DNA from: an uncultured Dehalococcoidaceae bacterium
GTDB taxonomy: Bacteria > Chloroflexota > Dehalococcoidia > UBA2979
NCBI GenBank assembly: GCA_964479165.1
Contig: CAYZJO010000005.1
Span: 30,659-94,658, forward strand
Reading direction: 5' to 3'
Length of the DNA stretch: 64,000 nt
Part shown: piece after piece, positions 9,846-19,793 of the stretch
Layout: every line of letters starts with the position of its first letter
Numbering within the stretch: position 1 is the stretch's first letter
Translations under genes and position numbers: made by a program
The notes under the pieces: generated by a model
Seen by the model: only the letters and a program-made list of their open reading frames with translations
Databases searched by the model: none
What the model was told of the DNA's origin: nothing

Positions 9846-10382
9846 TCAGTAGCGGTGGTCCACCGCCTGCAGCCGTGCCAGTTCGTCGTCGCCCGCCGGG
9901 TCGCCGTCGACATGGGCAGCGACCAGATCGATGACGCGGCGGCTCGATCCCTCCTCGGACAGTCGCTCTGCGCCGAGACGCGCGTGGTGCCGCAGCCGCC
10001 AGATGCCGTTGCGCCACCTCGGGCGGGGGCTCCCGACAAGGTCGACGAGCCGCGAGGACACCGCCGCGAGCAGCACGTATACGACGCGCTCGGTCACAAG
10101 CAGGTCGCCCTTGCCGACGTCGTGAAGGAGTGCCGCTGCGAGGAGGTCGGGCGGAGCCTGGGCGTCACCCTCGTCACGCAGGGCGGCAGCGACCCGGAGC
10201 GAGTGCCGCTGGTCGCGCGCCTGCATGCCTGCGAAGAGCGCCAGCTCGCCCCTTGTGAGGACGCCACGAACAAATGCGAGTTCGTCCGGCGTGAGGGTCG
10301 CGCGAAAGCCGCCGAAGAACTGGCCCGCTCGGTAGCGCGCGCGGCCGAGGAGGGAGCGACGAGGGGCGGGTACCTGGGCCAT
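9846..10382 (-). CDS. HD-domain protein
   Basis: RHSLRVA...ALLHDVGKG...HHARLGA motifs. Confidence 0.75.
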   Translation of the reverse strand: MAQVPAPRRSLLGRARYRAGQFFGGFRATLTPDELAFVRGVLTRGELALFAGMQARDQRHSLRVAAALRDEGDAQAPPDLLAAALLHDVGKGDLLVTERVVYVLLAAVSSRLVDLVGSPRPRWRNGIWRLRHHARLGAERLSEEGSSRRVIDLVAAHVDGDPAGDDELARLQAVDHRY

Positions 10383-10387
10383 ACGCC

Positions 10388-11131
10388 TCAAAAGATCCGG
10401 AGCGGTTCTGCTCCGCCGACGAACAGGTTGAGGAAGAAGTTGATCACCGGACTCATCACGTCGAACAGCGGACTGAACTCACCCTGCGTGATGAAGGGGA
10501 GCATGATCAACAGCAGCAGGATGCCGGGGCCCCACGGCTCGAGGCGGGCGAGCGGCCTCGATAGCTCGTCCGGCAGGATGCCGACGAGCACGCGAAACCC
10601 GTCGAGCGGCGCGATCGGGAAGAAGTTGAACACCGCGAGGATGACGTTCAGCAGCACCACGGTGCCGAGGAAGAGCCCCAGCAGGTTCTCCGGCGACTGC
10701 GTCCAGATCTGTGCCCAAAACCTGGCGTCCAAGGGCGCGATGAACGGCTGAAAGAACGGCACCAGCCCGAGCTTGATCGGGATCGAGGCGAGTCCCGCGA
10801 CGACCAGGTTCGAAGCCGGCCCTGCCCCGGCGATGAGCGCCATGCTCGTCTTCGGGTTCTTCGTGTTGTACGGGTTCACGGGCACCGGCTTCGCCCAGCC
10901 GAAGCCCACGAAGAAGATCAGCGCCGAGCCGATGGGGTCGAGGTGTGCGACCGGATTGAGCGTGAGCCGCCCGAGCATCGCGGGCGTGCGGTCGCCGAGA
11001 CCGTTCGCGACGAACGCGTGGCAGAACTCGTGGAACGCGAGCCCGACCAGCATCGATGTCGCGAACGCGCCGATCAGGACGAAGAACGCCAGCGGCTCCT
11101 CACCCAGCACCTCGATGTAGCGCAGGAGCAT
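10388..11131 (-). CDS. Site-2 protease family (M50) membrane metalloprotease
   Basis: FHEFCHA (HExxH), AGPASN, FNFFPIAPLDG (NPDG motif); hydrophobic. Confidence 0.9.
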   Translation of the reverse strand: MLLRYIEVLGEEPLAFFVLIGAFATSMLVGLAFHEFCHAFVANGLGDRTPAMLGRLTLNPVAHLDPIGSALIFFVGFGWAKPVPVNPYNTKNPKTSMALIAGAGPASNLVVAGLASIPIKLGLVPFFQPFIAPLDARFWAQIWTQSPENLLGLFLGTVVLLNVILAVFNFFPIAPLDGFRVLVGILPDELSRPLARLEPWGPGILLLLIMLPFITQGEFSPLFDVMSPVINFFLNLFVGGAEPLRIF

Positions 11132-11292
11132 GACGGGCAGCGTACAGGACAGTTGCGTTGACTGGCGCGGCGGGCGTCCGTATGGTGAAGGAGCCTTAGT
11201 CGTTTCGCCGTTCCAGTCGGCGAGCCGAGGCATACGCGCACCGGGCCGGCGGGGGCCAGCGGTGTGGCGTCGGACCAACTGGACGACCGCCG

Positions 11293-12429
11293 GTGCACGT
11301 CTCCCGTTTCCCGCGCTCGCTCTTCCTCAGCCTTCCCGTGCTGCTCCTCGCCCTCGGGGCAGCTGCTGTCCTGCTCACCCTGCGCGATGGCTCGTCTCCC
11401 GCGCCTGTGCGAATCGGCGGCGAGGCGACGCTCGTGTTCGCCGAGTTCGGTCCGTCCGAGGACCGCGTCTACGCCGCCCCGGCCGCCAACCCTGCCGAGC
11501 GTACCCTCGTGGCCACCGTTCCCCACGTGGGCGGTTGGGGCATCAACCCTGCCCCGTCGATGGTCGGCTCACTCGTGGTGTACACGGTGCTGCCGCCCGA
11601 GGCGGAACCACGGCGCGACGCCCCGGCGGAACTCTGGCTACTCGACGTCAGCACCGGAGCGAGCGTCCGTCTCGCAAGCGACGCCGACCTCCTCGCGCAG
11701 CCCCGCTTCGACGCCACCGGATCGCAGGTCGCGTACCGCGCCACGACTCCCACTGGCGAGCAGGAGCTCGTGCGCGTCGACCTCGATACGCGCCTCCGGC
11801 GCGTGCTGCACACGAGCGCGGGCGGGTTCGGCGTGTTCCCGATCGGCTTCACGAACGACAGCGCCCTGATCTTCGCCGCGCTCTCCATCTCCGGCACCGA
11901 CATCTACCGCGTGCGCGATCGGGAGGCGCCCGAGTTCCTCGTCCACGCCTCCGATAACATCGCCCGCGACTGGACGATCTCGCCCGACGGCCGCGAGCTG
12001 TCGTACCTCGCTCCGGAGTTGCACCGGGAGCGCTACGTTCACCGTCTCCACGTCGTCTCCACCGAGGATGGGCGGCCGCTCGACGAGAACCGCACAGCGG
12101 TCGCGTCGAACGAGCAGTTCAGCCCGGTGTGGACGCCCGACGGGGACGCGATCACCGTCGGCCAGGAGGCGTACCCCGACTCCAGCGCGCCGGCGATGAC
12201 CCTCTCCCAGACCGGCGAGACCGAGGCGCTCACGCCTCCGGCGGCCGGCTTCGATGTCCCGCTCGCATGGAGCCCGGACGGGCGCTATCTCGTCGCACGG
12301 TCGTTCGACGGGGTCAGTGCACACGAACCCGGCCGCGAGTCGATCGTCGTGATCTCGAAGGAAGGGCAACGCCTCCCCGTCGAAGGGCGGAGCGAGGTGA
12401 TCGTCATCGGATGGGTCGGCGATGGCTAG
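11293..12429 (+). CDS. Exported beta-propeller (TolB/PD40-repeat-like) protein
   Basis: N-terminal hydrophobic segment; repeated ISPDGR, WTPDGD, WSPDGR motifs. Confidence 0.65.
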   Translation: MHVSRFPRSLFLSLPVLLLALGAAAVLLTLRDGSSPAPVRIGGEATLVFAEFGPSEDRVYAAPAANPAERTLVATVPHVGGWGINPAPSMVGSLVVYTVLPPEAEPRRDAPAELWLLDVSTGASVRLASDADLLAQPRFDATGSQVAYRATTPTGEQELVRVDLDTRLRRVLHTSAGGFGVFPIGFTNDSALIFAALSISGTDIYRVRDREAPEFLVHASDNIARDWTISPDGRELSYLAPELHRERYVHRLHVVSTEDGRPLDENRTAVASNEQFSPVWTPDGDAITVGQEAYPDSSAPAMTLSQTGETEALTPPAAGFDVPLAWSPDGRYLVARSFDGVSAHEPGRESIVVISKEGQRLPVEGRSEVIVIGWVGDG

Positions 12430-13750
12430 GCGCCTGCTCGCCGGGGTCCTGCTGGCGGTCGTCTGGGGACTGGGGGCGCCGCTGCTGCCCGGCGCAGACC
12501 GCGGCGTTCCGGAGGCCGACGCCTGCGCCTTCCTCCGCCGGCCACACGCTTACGAGGCCGACCGCAGCCGCTCGACCTACCTCGCGACGCTCGATGCGGC
12601 ATCGGTCAACGCGCTCTTCCCGGGCGACCCGTTCTTCGGGCTCCCGGCAATGAGCGTGGGGCCTCGAGGCGCGCGTACTGCCGGCGAGGCGCGCGTGCCC
12701 GCCACCCTGCTCAAGGCGATCGCCTGGGTGGAGTCGGACCTCACGATGGCCTCCCGATCGGTGCCATTCGAGTCGGGCGGGGCCGCCCTCGTCTCCTTCG
12801 ACTGCGGGCACGGCATCATGCAGGTGACGACGGGGATGACCTCGCCGCTTGGTGACGGGAACCAGCCGAGCGCGAGTCAGACCGGTGTCGCCACGCACTT
12901 CGCCTACAACATCGGCCGAGGCGCTGCCATCCTCGCGGAGAAGTGGAACCAGGCGCCGGAACTCCGCCCGATCGCGGGCATCGACACGAATTCCGACCCC
13001 GGCATCATCGAGAACTGGTACTACGCGGTCTGGGGCTACAACGGCTTCACCGGTCCCGGCGCGAACCGCTCGAACCATCCGATGGACCCACAACACGGCG
13101 CCTGGCCACGCGGGCAGTTCCGTTGCGACGGCGGCCAGTCGCGCAACCGCTATCCGTACCAGGAGCTGGTCTGGGGCTGCGCGGCGAACCCACCGCAGGG
13201 CCTCTGGGCGCCCGTCCCGGCGTCACTGCCCAATCTCTCGCTGCCGCAGTGGTTCGAGCCGCTCGCGCTCGCGAACTTCAAGTTCCCCTATGCCGCGATG
13301 GACATGCCGACACCTCAGCCGTTGCACGCGGATGCCTTGCCGCAGGTGCAGCCCGGATTCCGCGACCGCATCCTCGGAGCGCCCGCATTGAGCGTGGGCC
13401 AGGACGTGGTGCGCGTCAGCCTCGATGGGGTGGCACAGGGAGCGCAGGCCCGCGTCCGGGTCGCCAACGCGGGGACGGGCATCCTGTCGTGGTCCGCGAC
13501 GTCCTCGGACAACTGGATCGTGGCGGACCCGCCGGCAGGGGTGGCCCTCGGGCCAGACGTTGGATGCGGCGCGTCCTGCAGCCGTGATGGCGAACTCACG
13601 ATCACGGTGAATCCGACGCTGCTCAGCGGCTCCACCGCGAGCGGCTCGCTCATCATCTCCTCGCCGAACTCCAGCGTCACGCGCACGATCCGCGTCGAGG
13701 TGAACGCCGACTTCGGTGTGGGCGCGCCGGGTACCAGTCGCGCATACTGA
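12422..13750 (+). CDS. Secreted lytic-transglycosylase (SLT)-like protein with C-terminal BACON/Ig-like domain
   Basis: Signal peptide; LLKAIAWVES, GHGIMQV, YNIGRGAAIL, AVWGYNG match SLT motifs I-IV; VANAGTGILSWSATSSDNWI BACON-like. Confidence 0.7.
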   Translation: MARRLLAGVLLAVVWGLGAPLLPGADRGVPEADACAFLRRPHAYEADRSRSTYLATLDAASVNALFPGDPFFGLPAMSVGPRGARTAGEARVPATLLKAIAWVESDLTMASRSVPFESGGAALVSFDCGHGIMQVTTGMTSPLGDGNQPSASQTGVATHFAYNIGRGAAILAEKWNQAPELRPIAGIDTNSDPGIIENWYYAVWGYNGFTGPGANRSNHPMDPQHGAWPRGQFRCDGGQSRNRYPYQELVWGCAANPPQGLWAPVPASLPNLSLPQWFEPLALANFKFPYAAMDMPTPQPLHADALPQVQPGFRDRILGAPALSVGQDVVRVSLDGVAQGAQARVRVANAGTGILSWSATSSDNWIVADPPAGVALGPDVGCGASCSRDGELTITVNPTLLSGSTASGSLIISSPNSSVTRTIRVEVNADFGVGAPGTSRAY

Positions 13751-13795
13751 GTCTCGAATCCGCACTCCCACCGCACATCCTGAAACGGTGACTCC

Positions 13796-14299
13796 ATGCA
13801 GCTCATCGGCACTCTCCGAGGGTGGGCCGACTCCGTGCGACGCAATCACGGCCTCGAGCACGCCACGGTGGCCGTGCTGCTCGCACGCCACGGCCCTCGA
13901 CGTATCGCGGGTCGTGCATCGGTCGACGGGTTCTTCATCCTGGGCGACGTCGACGCTGCCGAGCTGCGCTCATGCGCGGACGAGGCCCTCACACGGCTGA
14001 ATCGCGGGCAGTCGAACCTGGCGGTCTCACCCCTCTGTGGCACGAACATCGCGATGGCCGGGCTGCTGGCGGCGACGGGCGCCACTCTCGTGCTCTCGAG
14101 GGGACGCCGGATGTTCGGGAACGCATTCACCGCAGCCATGGTCGGCGCTCTGCTCTCGCAACCGGTCGGCCGCGTTGTGCAGCAGCACGTGACGACGAGT
14201 CACGACCTCGCCGGCGTCGAGGTCCTTGGGGTGCGGGAGGTCTTCAGGAACCTGAAGAAGGTGGATACTCGGCGCCGAGCGGACTACCCCGAAACGTAG
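13796..14299 (+). CDS. DUF6391-like protein
   Basis: RRNHGLEHAT and LAVSPLCGTN motifs. Confidence 0.6.
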   Translation: MQLIGTLRGWADSVRRNHGLEHATVAVLLARHGPRRIAGRASVDGFFILGDVDAAELRSCADEALTRLNRGQSNLAVSPLCGTNIAMAGLLAATGATLVLSRGRRMFGNAFTAAMVGALLSQPVGRVVQQHVTTSHDLAGVEVLGVREVFRNLKKVDTRRRADYPET

Positions 14300-14801
14300 T
14301 CGCACGACCGTCCTCGGGTTGGTCGCCCGCCGCGACGGGCACGGCGCCGAACCGCACGCCGAGTACGCGCCTGCGGAAGTCGAAGATCCATTCGAGGCGG
14401 CGCCGCACCACGAGGACCTGCACCGCATCGCCCAGGGGACCGAACGGCATCGCGTACTGCACGAGGTCGCGCACCTCGACGCCGCCGTCAGTCTCGCGGA
14501 AGTGGTGCTCGTGGTGCCAGAGGCGGTAGGGCCCGGCGCGTTGCTCGTCGACGAAGAGCCGTCCCTCCACGAGGTGCGTGATCTCAGTCACCCAGCTCGC
14601 GGCGACGCGAGGGAACGGCCGCAGGCGGTAGGTGATGAGCAGGCCGGGGTAGATGCGCCGCGGCGGCTCATGCGTCAGTTCGAGGCGCAACGCGGGAGGC
14701 GTGATCACGGAGAGGTTGCGCGGATCGGCGAAGAAGTCCCAGGCCTCCTCGAGGCCCACTCCCGGCAGCAGTTGTCGCTCGTCGATGCGGTGGAGCCGCA
14801 T
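14244..14801 (-). CDS. SRPBCC family protein
   Basis: WDFFADPRNLSVITPP, FVDEQRAGPYRLWHHEHHF, IFDFRR. Confidence 0.8.
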   Translation of the reverse strand: MRLHRIDERQLLPGVGLEEAWDFFADPRNLSVITPPALRLELTHEPPRRIYPGLLITYRLRPFPRVAASWVTEITHLVEGRLFVDEQRAGPYRLWHHEHHFRETDGGVEVRDLVQYAMPFGPLGDAVQVLVVRRRLEWIFDFRRRVLGVRFGAVPVAAGDQPEDGRATTFRGSPLGAEYPPSSGS

Positions 14802-15697
14802 CAGTTCTCCCGTCGGAGCGCGGCTTCGAGGCCGGCGTCGATGTCGGCGTGGCGGAACTCGAAGCCGCTCGCCAGTAGTTTTCCCGGGTCAAGGCGCTGG
14901 CTGTAGAAGAGCGTCTCCTCGCCCATTTGGCCGTAGAGCAGGTTCAGCGCGAACCGCGGGATCGGGAAGATCGTCGGGCGTCGCAACGCGCGTCCGAGCG
15001 CCTTCGTGAAGTCCGCGTTGCGCACGGCCTGTCCTACGTTCACCGTACCCACGAGGTCGGAGTCGATGGCGTGCAGCAGCGCGCGCACCTCGTCCTCGAG
15101 GCTGATCCACGCCATCCACTGGCGCCCGCTGCCGAGGCGTCCGCCGACGCCCAGCCGGAACGGCAGCAGCATCTTCTTCAGCGCACCCCCTCCCCGATCG
15201 AGGACCACCCCGGACCGCGTCTGCACGACGCGCAGCCCGAGCCCGGTCGCCTTCGCGGTCTCTGCCTCCCAGTCCCCGACGAGTTCGGCGAGGAAGCCCT
15301 CGCCTCGGGGTGCCGATTCCGTGAGGACATCGTCGCCCCCGTCACCGTAGTAGCCGCTCGCGGACGCCGCGACGAACACGCGCGGGCGGCGGTCGGCGGG
15401 GAGCCGCTCGATGCCGATCAGTAGGGTGCGGCTCGCTGCGATACGGCTGTCCCTCAAGAGGCGCTTTCGCGACTCCGACCAGCGCGCACCACCGATGTTC
15501 GCGCCTGCGAGGTGTACGATCGCGGCGAAGTCGTCGACCGCGTCCTCGCGTATCCACCCGGTTCGCGGGTCCCAGTCCGCACCAGTTGCAGACTGTTCGC
15601 CGCGACGCAGCGTCACCGCCTCGTCGCCACGCGCCGTCAGCGCACGGACGAGCGCACTGCCGATCATCCCTGAGCCGCCGGTCACCAGCACTCGCAT
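14801..15697 (-). CDS. TIGR01777-family NAD-dependent epimerase/oxidoreductase
   Basis: VTGGSGMIGSAL, HLAGANI, SASGYYG, GSGRQWMAWI motifs. Confidence 0.88.
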   Translation of the reverse strand: MRVLVTGGSGMIGSALVRALTARGDEAVTLRRGEQSATGADWDPRTGWIREDAVDDFAAIVHLAGANIGGARWSESRKRLLRDSRIAASRTLLIGIERLPADRRPRVFVAASASGYYGDGGDDVLTESAPRGEGFLAELVGDWEAETAKATGLGLRVVQTRSGVVLDRGGGALKKMLLPFRLGVGGRLGSGRQWMAWISLEDEVRALLHAIDSDLVGTVNVGQAVRNADFTKALGRALRRPTIFPIPRFALNLLYGQMGEETLFYSQRLDPGKLLASGFEFRHADIDAGLEAALRREN

Positions 15698-15825
15698 CCG
15701 AAGCCTCGATTCGGCCCTCGTATCACCGCGAGCTATCTTCCCATGCCGTGCATGTGGCCCATTGATGCAGGATGGGCCACCATCGAGTCCTGCTCGTGCC
15801 CCACCCCAAGCGGAGCTGAGACTCG

Positions 15826-17577
15826 ATGTTCCTACTCGCCGTGACCCGGCGCCCTCTCCCCGCGCTCGCCGGCCTCGCGACCCACGCGTCCGAGGCGAAC
15901 GGGTGGCACGTAACGGCAGCCACGGACGGCTTGTGGTCGAATCACGGGCTCGAGGGCGATCGGCTGCGCGTGCGCGAAGCGGTCGCGACGGACGAGGGTG
16001 CGGAGGACCTCGCCTTCGTTGACGCGACGTTCGACCTCGCGCAGGGATCGGTGGAGATCGAGCACCACTTCATCTCCGGCAAGGCGCTCTACCACCACCT
16101 CAACGCGGATGGCGAGTTCTTCGCCTCGACGCACGTCAGGCTCCTGCGCGACGCAGGCGTGACGTTCGAAGAGGACCGGGCGCGCCTGCCCGAGTTCTTC
16201 ATTTACCGTTTCGTCACGCCCCCGCTGACGCTCTTCCGCGGTATCCGCCGTCTCTCCCGAGGCAGCAGCCTGAGCGTCCGCCTGACACCACAGGGCTGCG
16301 AAGTCCGTGAGTCGGATCCGTACGTGCCGCGCGTGAATGCGCCGGCGACGGATGACCGCGACCGCGCAGCCCGCGAGTCACGTGACCGCGTCCTCCAGGC
16401 GGTAGGCCACCTCAAGCCGGCCGCGGACCGCGTGTCAGTGCTGCTCAGCGGTGGAGTAGACTCCTCGCTGCTCTTCCGCTCCGCCCAGCGCGAGCTCGGC
16501 GTGCTCGACAGCTTCGCGTCGGGCTTTCCCTTCGAGGAACCGGAGCAGAACGAAGAGCTCCGCTACTCGGAATCGGCCGCGCGGGCCTTTGGCTCGCAGC
16601 ACCATTACTTCGAGCCCGACACCGCGGCGTACCTCCGCGGTGTCGTGACAGCCATCGCGGCCGCCGAGGAGCCGCTGCACCACCTTCAGACGGTGCTACT
16701 GCACCTGCTCTTCGCAAGCGACACCCTGGGCAAGCGGCGCGTGGTGATCTGCGGCGACGGGGCGGACAACCTGTTCGGTCTCTCGCTCCACCGCTGGATC
16801 CACCGCTGGAACAGCCGGCCTCTGCTGTTCGGCGTCGCCTCTCACCCAGCCATCCGGCCACTGGTCGATGCCGCACTGCGTGCTGCCGGTCGTGGGGGCA
16901 CGCTGCGCACGGTGCTCGCCTCGAAGGTGAGCCCGAGGGAACTTGCGCATCCGCAGCACGTGACGTGGCAAGCCGACATGTCGGGCTCGATCGCATGGGT
17001 CGAACAGCACCTCGGCGCGTCGATGCGCGACGTCATCGCGAACCCTGTCGCTGTCCTCCGCGCATACGGCACGCGCAGCACCTCCGATGTGATCGCCCTG
17101 CGCTCGATGACGGGCGACACGCTCGCAACCCAGGGCATCTGGAGCAAGGTCGGCGAGGCGGGCGGCCACATCCTGCATTACCCGTTCAATGACGCCGCGT
17201 TGACCGACTACGCGTTCTCACTCCCATGGTCACTCAAGTCCGATCCGCCCAAGCTCGTACTCCGCGACGCCGCGCGCCTCCTCGATGTGCCGTCCTTCAT
17301 TCTCGAGCGGCCGAAGCGCGGCTTCGGTATCCAGCCCGAGCGCTGGGCGCTGCCCGGCGGCGTCTTCGAGCCGCTCATCGGCCTCGCGACCCCCGTCTAC
17401 GAGAAACGGGAGTTGCGGGCGCTGCAGTCGGGGGAGCCGGAGCTGGCGTTCACCCTGTGGAGCGCGATCAACCACGCGCTGTGGTGGCGTCTCTGGGTGA
17501 ACGGAGAACCGGTCGAGACGCTCCTCGGTGAGCTCGATGAGGCGCTGCTGCGAACGCCCGTCCCCGCTGTCTCCTAA
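15826..17577 (+). CDS. Asparagine-synthase-related ATP-dependent amide ligase lacking N-terminal Cys
   Basis: LLSGGVDSS PP-loop, ICGDGADNLFG, YPFND, ERPKRGF; N-terminus lacks catalytic Cys1 of the glutaminase domain. Confidence 0.8.
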   Translation: MFLLAVTRRPLPALAGLATHASEANGWHVTAATDGLWSNHGLEGDRLRVREAVATDEGAEDLAFVDATFDLAQGSVEIEHHFISGKALYHHLNADGEFFASTHVRLLRDAGVTFEEDRARLPEFFIYRFVTPPLTLFRGIRRLSRGSSLSVRLTPQGCEVRESDPYVPRVNAPATDDRDRAARESRDRVLQAVGHLKPAADRVSVLLSGGVDSSLLFRSAQRELGVLDSFASGFPFEEPEQNEELRYSESAARAFGSQHHYFEPDTAAYLRGVVTAIAAAEEPLHHLQTVLLHLLFASDTLGKRRVVICGDGADNLFGLSLHRWIHRWNSRPLLFGVASHPAIRPLVDAALRAAGRGGTLRTVLASKVSPRELAHPQHVTWQADMSGSIAWVEQHLGASMRDVIANPVAVLRAYGTRSTSDVIALRSMTGDTLATQGIWSKVGEAGGHILHYPFNDAALTDYAFSLPWSLKSDPPKLVLRDAARLLDVPSFILERPKRGFGIQPERWALPGGVFEPLIGLATPVYEKRELRALQSGEPELAFTLWSAINHALWWRLWVNGEPVETLLGELDEALLRTPVPAVS

Positions 17578-17629
17578 TCCACGCGGCCTATCCCAATCGC
17601 ACACGTGTTCATACACCGTGGACGCGTTA

Positions 17630-17657
17630 TTGACAGCCTGTGGATAGGTGTTACGTT
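17630..17657 (+). promoter_or_regulatory. Candidate sigma-70/SigA promoter
   Basis: TTGACA (17630-17635), 16-nt spacer, TGn-TACGTT extended -10, upstream of the small ORF. Confidence 0.5.
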
Positions 17658-17715
17658 CGCCCCTCAGGACTAGTAGGAGGTGCACGGACGCACGGGCATT
17701 GGCGGGGGGCCAATC

Positions 17716-17901
17716 ATGTCCGATCGGAAGGTGTACGACCACGCCCGAGGCAAGTACGGGATCATGGAGAGTCTCCGCGACCTCCCCGTGCCGCGAATAC
17801 CCGAGGTCCAGAGCGTCGAGAGCGTCGCCGCAGCGGTGATGGTAGCGTTCGGAGCAGGCCTCGTCGCCGCCTACGTCCTCGCGACGTACATCCTCGCGTG
17901 A
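17716..17901 (+). CDS. Small single-pass membrane protein
   Basis: Hydrophobic C-terminus VAAAVMVAFGAGLVAAYVLATYILA; start may be GTG 17680. Confidence 0.5.
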   Translation: MSDRKVYDHARGKYGIMESLRDLPVPRIPEVQSVESVAAAVMVAFGAGLVAAYVLATYILA

Positions 17902-17942
17902 AGTTCCCCGGAGGGCGGCTCCTGTTCAGCCGCCCTCCGACT

Positions 17943-18923
17943 TCATGCGCCGGCGGTCGTCAGCACGACCTTCCCGGTTGCGGCCCGGTCGAGCAACAGC
18001 TGCATCGCTTCGGACGCGCGCTCGAGCGGCAGGACGCGCGACACGTGAGGACGCAGCCGTCCCGCCGTGTGCCACTCGAACAGCTCGCTGAACGAGTCGC
18101 GCACGAGGTCCGGGGCGTTCCGCCGGTAAGCCCCAAGTGTGTACCCGATCACCGCGACGTTCTTCACGAGGACGTGGTTCGCCGGGATCTGGGGCACCTC
18201 GCCCGAGGCAAACCCGACGACCAGCAATCGCGCACCCCAGGCAACGCAGCGCAGCGACTGTGCAAAGACGTCGCCGCCGACCGGGTCGTAGACCACGTCA
18301 ACGCCGCGCCCACCGGTCAACTCCAGCACGCGGTCGCGGACTGACTCCGTCCGGTAGTCGATGCCCTCATCCGCGCCGTGCTCACGCGCGATGGCGAGGC
18401 GCTCGATGCCGCCCGCGGTGGCGATCACTCGAGCTCCGAGCGCGTGCCCAATCTCGACGGCGGTCAGTCCGACGCCGCCCGCCGCCCCGTGAACCAGCAG
18501 CGTCTCGCCCTCGCTGAGCCGCGCGAGCCGCAGCCCGAGATGCGACGAGCCGTAAGCGACACCGAAGCCGGCCGCATCGACGAAGTCGAGGCCCGGAGGG
18601 AGCGCGTAGCAGTCCTCGGCGCGAGCGACGGCTGACTCTGCGAACCCGCCGGAGTCGAGGAGCGCGAAGACGCTGTCTCCCCTGTTCCAGCCCTCGACGC
18701 CCATCCCCACCTCGACGACCACTCCGGCCGCCTCGAGGCCCGGCACGAGCGGGAACCTGGGCTGGTCCTGGTACGTGCCACGGACCATGAGCGTGTCCGC
18801 GAAGTTCACGCCGGCGGCTCGAACTGCGAACCGGACCTGTCCTGCCTCGAGCGGCGGCTCGGGGACGTCGGTGATGGTGACAGCCTGCGGATCACCCGGC
18901 TCGTGGCAGACGACTGCGCGCAC
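17943..18923 (-). CDS. NADPH:quinone oxidoreductase (MDR family)
   Basis: AAGVNFAD, VPGLEAAG, HGAAGGVG, DVVYDPVGG, ATGKVVL. Confidence 0.92.
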   Translation of the reverse strand: MRAVVCHEPGDPQAVTITDVPEPPLEAGQVRFAVRAAGVNFADTLMVRGTYQDQPRFPLVPGLEAAGVVVEVGMGVEGWNRGDSVFALLDSGGFAESAVARAEDCYALPPGLDFVDAAGFGVAYGSSHLGLRLARLSEGETLLVHGAAGGVGLTAVEIGHALGARVIATAGGIERLAIAREHGADEGIDYRTESVRDRVLELTGGRGVDVVYDPVGGDVFAQSLRCVAWGARLLVVGFASGEVPQIPANHVLVKNVAVIGYTLGAYRRNAPDLVRDSFSELFEWHTAGRLRPHVSRVLPLERASEAMQLLLDRAATGKVVLTTAGA

Positions 18924-19019
18924 AGCATGCTCCGTGGCTCATGGCTCCATCCGGCTCGCCGCGTACGATAGCCTCCCGCGCGAGCGGGCTACACTGCGTC
19001 CGTTGCGGAGGGAGGCGTC

Positions 19020-19640
19020 ATGCCGCCAGAGGCCTACTACGTCGAACCGATCGAGCGGCCGCTGCGCCACTTCGTCGAGGATTTCCGCAACATCGTGGCG
19101 AGGGAGAGTGGCTCGCCCCAACTCCTCGATTCGCTGCGGGGCCCCGTCCAGCAGCTCATCGGGGACATGTCCTGGCTCGGCGAGGAGTTCCTCGAGCCGG
19201 CGCCGGGGCAGGTCGCCGCGTGGGCTGTATACCGCAGCCAGGATCCGGACCTCTGCATCTTCACGATGGTCGTGCCGCCGGGGGCGGCGACGCAGGTGCA
19301 CAACCACCTGACGAACGGCTGGGTCGGGCTGGTGCAGGGCGGGCAGGTCGAACGGCACTTCCGCCGTCACGACGACGGCTCGCGGCCCGGTTTCGCCGAT
19401 GTCCGCCTGGTCGAGGAGCAGCCCATCCTGCTCGGGGAACTGACGCCGATCATCCATCCCGACGCGGACATTCACCAGATCCGAACCACCTCAAGGCAGC
19501 CCTCCGTCTCGCTCCACGTGCTGTGCAACGACCTCGGGACCGTCGAGCGCCAGTCGTTCGTGCCGGAGCGGCAGCAGGTCACGAACTTCGTCTCCGGCTA
19601 TACGAACGTCGATGGTGCATCGCTGATCGGGGCGCGCTGA
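19020..19640 (+). CDS. Cysteine-dioxygenase-like cupin
   Basis: TQVHNH, DIHQI, SLHV motifs typical of CDO-type cupins. Confidence 0.75.
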   Translation: MPPEAYYVEPIERPLRHFVEDFRNIVARESGSPQLLDSLRGPVQQLIGDMSWLGEEFLEPAPGQVAAWAVYRSQDPDLCIFTMVVPPGAATQVHNHLTNGWVGLVQGGQVERHFRRHDDGSRPGFADVRLVEEQPILLGELTPIIHPDADIHQIRTTSRQPSVSLHVLCNDLGTVERQSFVPERQQVTNFVSGYTNVDGASLIGAR

Positions 19641-19793
19641 CTTCCTCATCACCAGTTGGTATCTCGCGAGGAGATTCATATTCGTCATTGATACTCGCGG
19701 CCCTCGACTACGCCACGGTTTCACGGGTGTCGCCGCGTACCGACGAACGCGGCGACACCCCCCAGCACTTGTCGCAGGCGCCAAGGAGCGGAT

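Noticed and set aside
17599-17610. GCAC-ACGT-GTTC as a LexA (GAAC-N4-GTTC) box
   Set aside because: Mismatch in a core position and no DNA-repair gene downstream
17716-17901. Small ORF as a lasso peptide precursor for the Asn-synthase-like gene
   Set aside because: No leader Thr(-2)/Gly1/Asp-Glu8-9 pattern, hydrophobic TM tail, and no B1/B2 peptidase gene nearby
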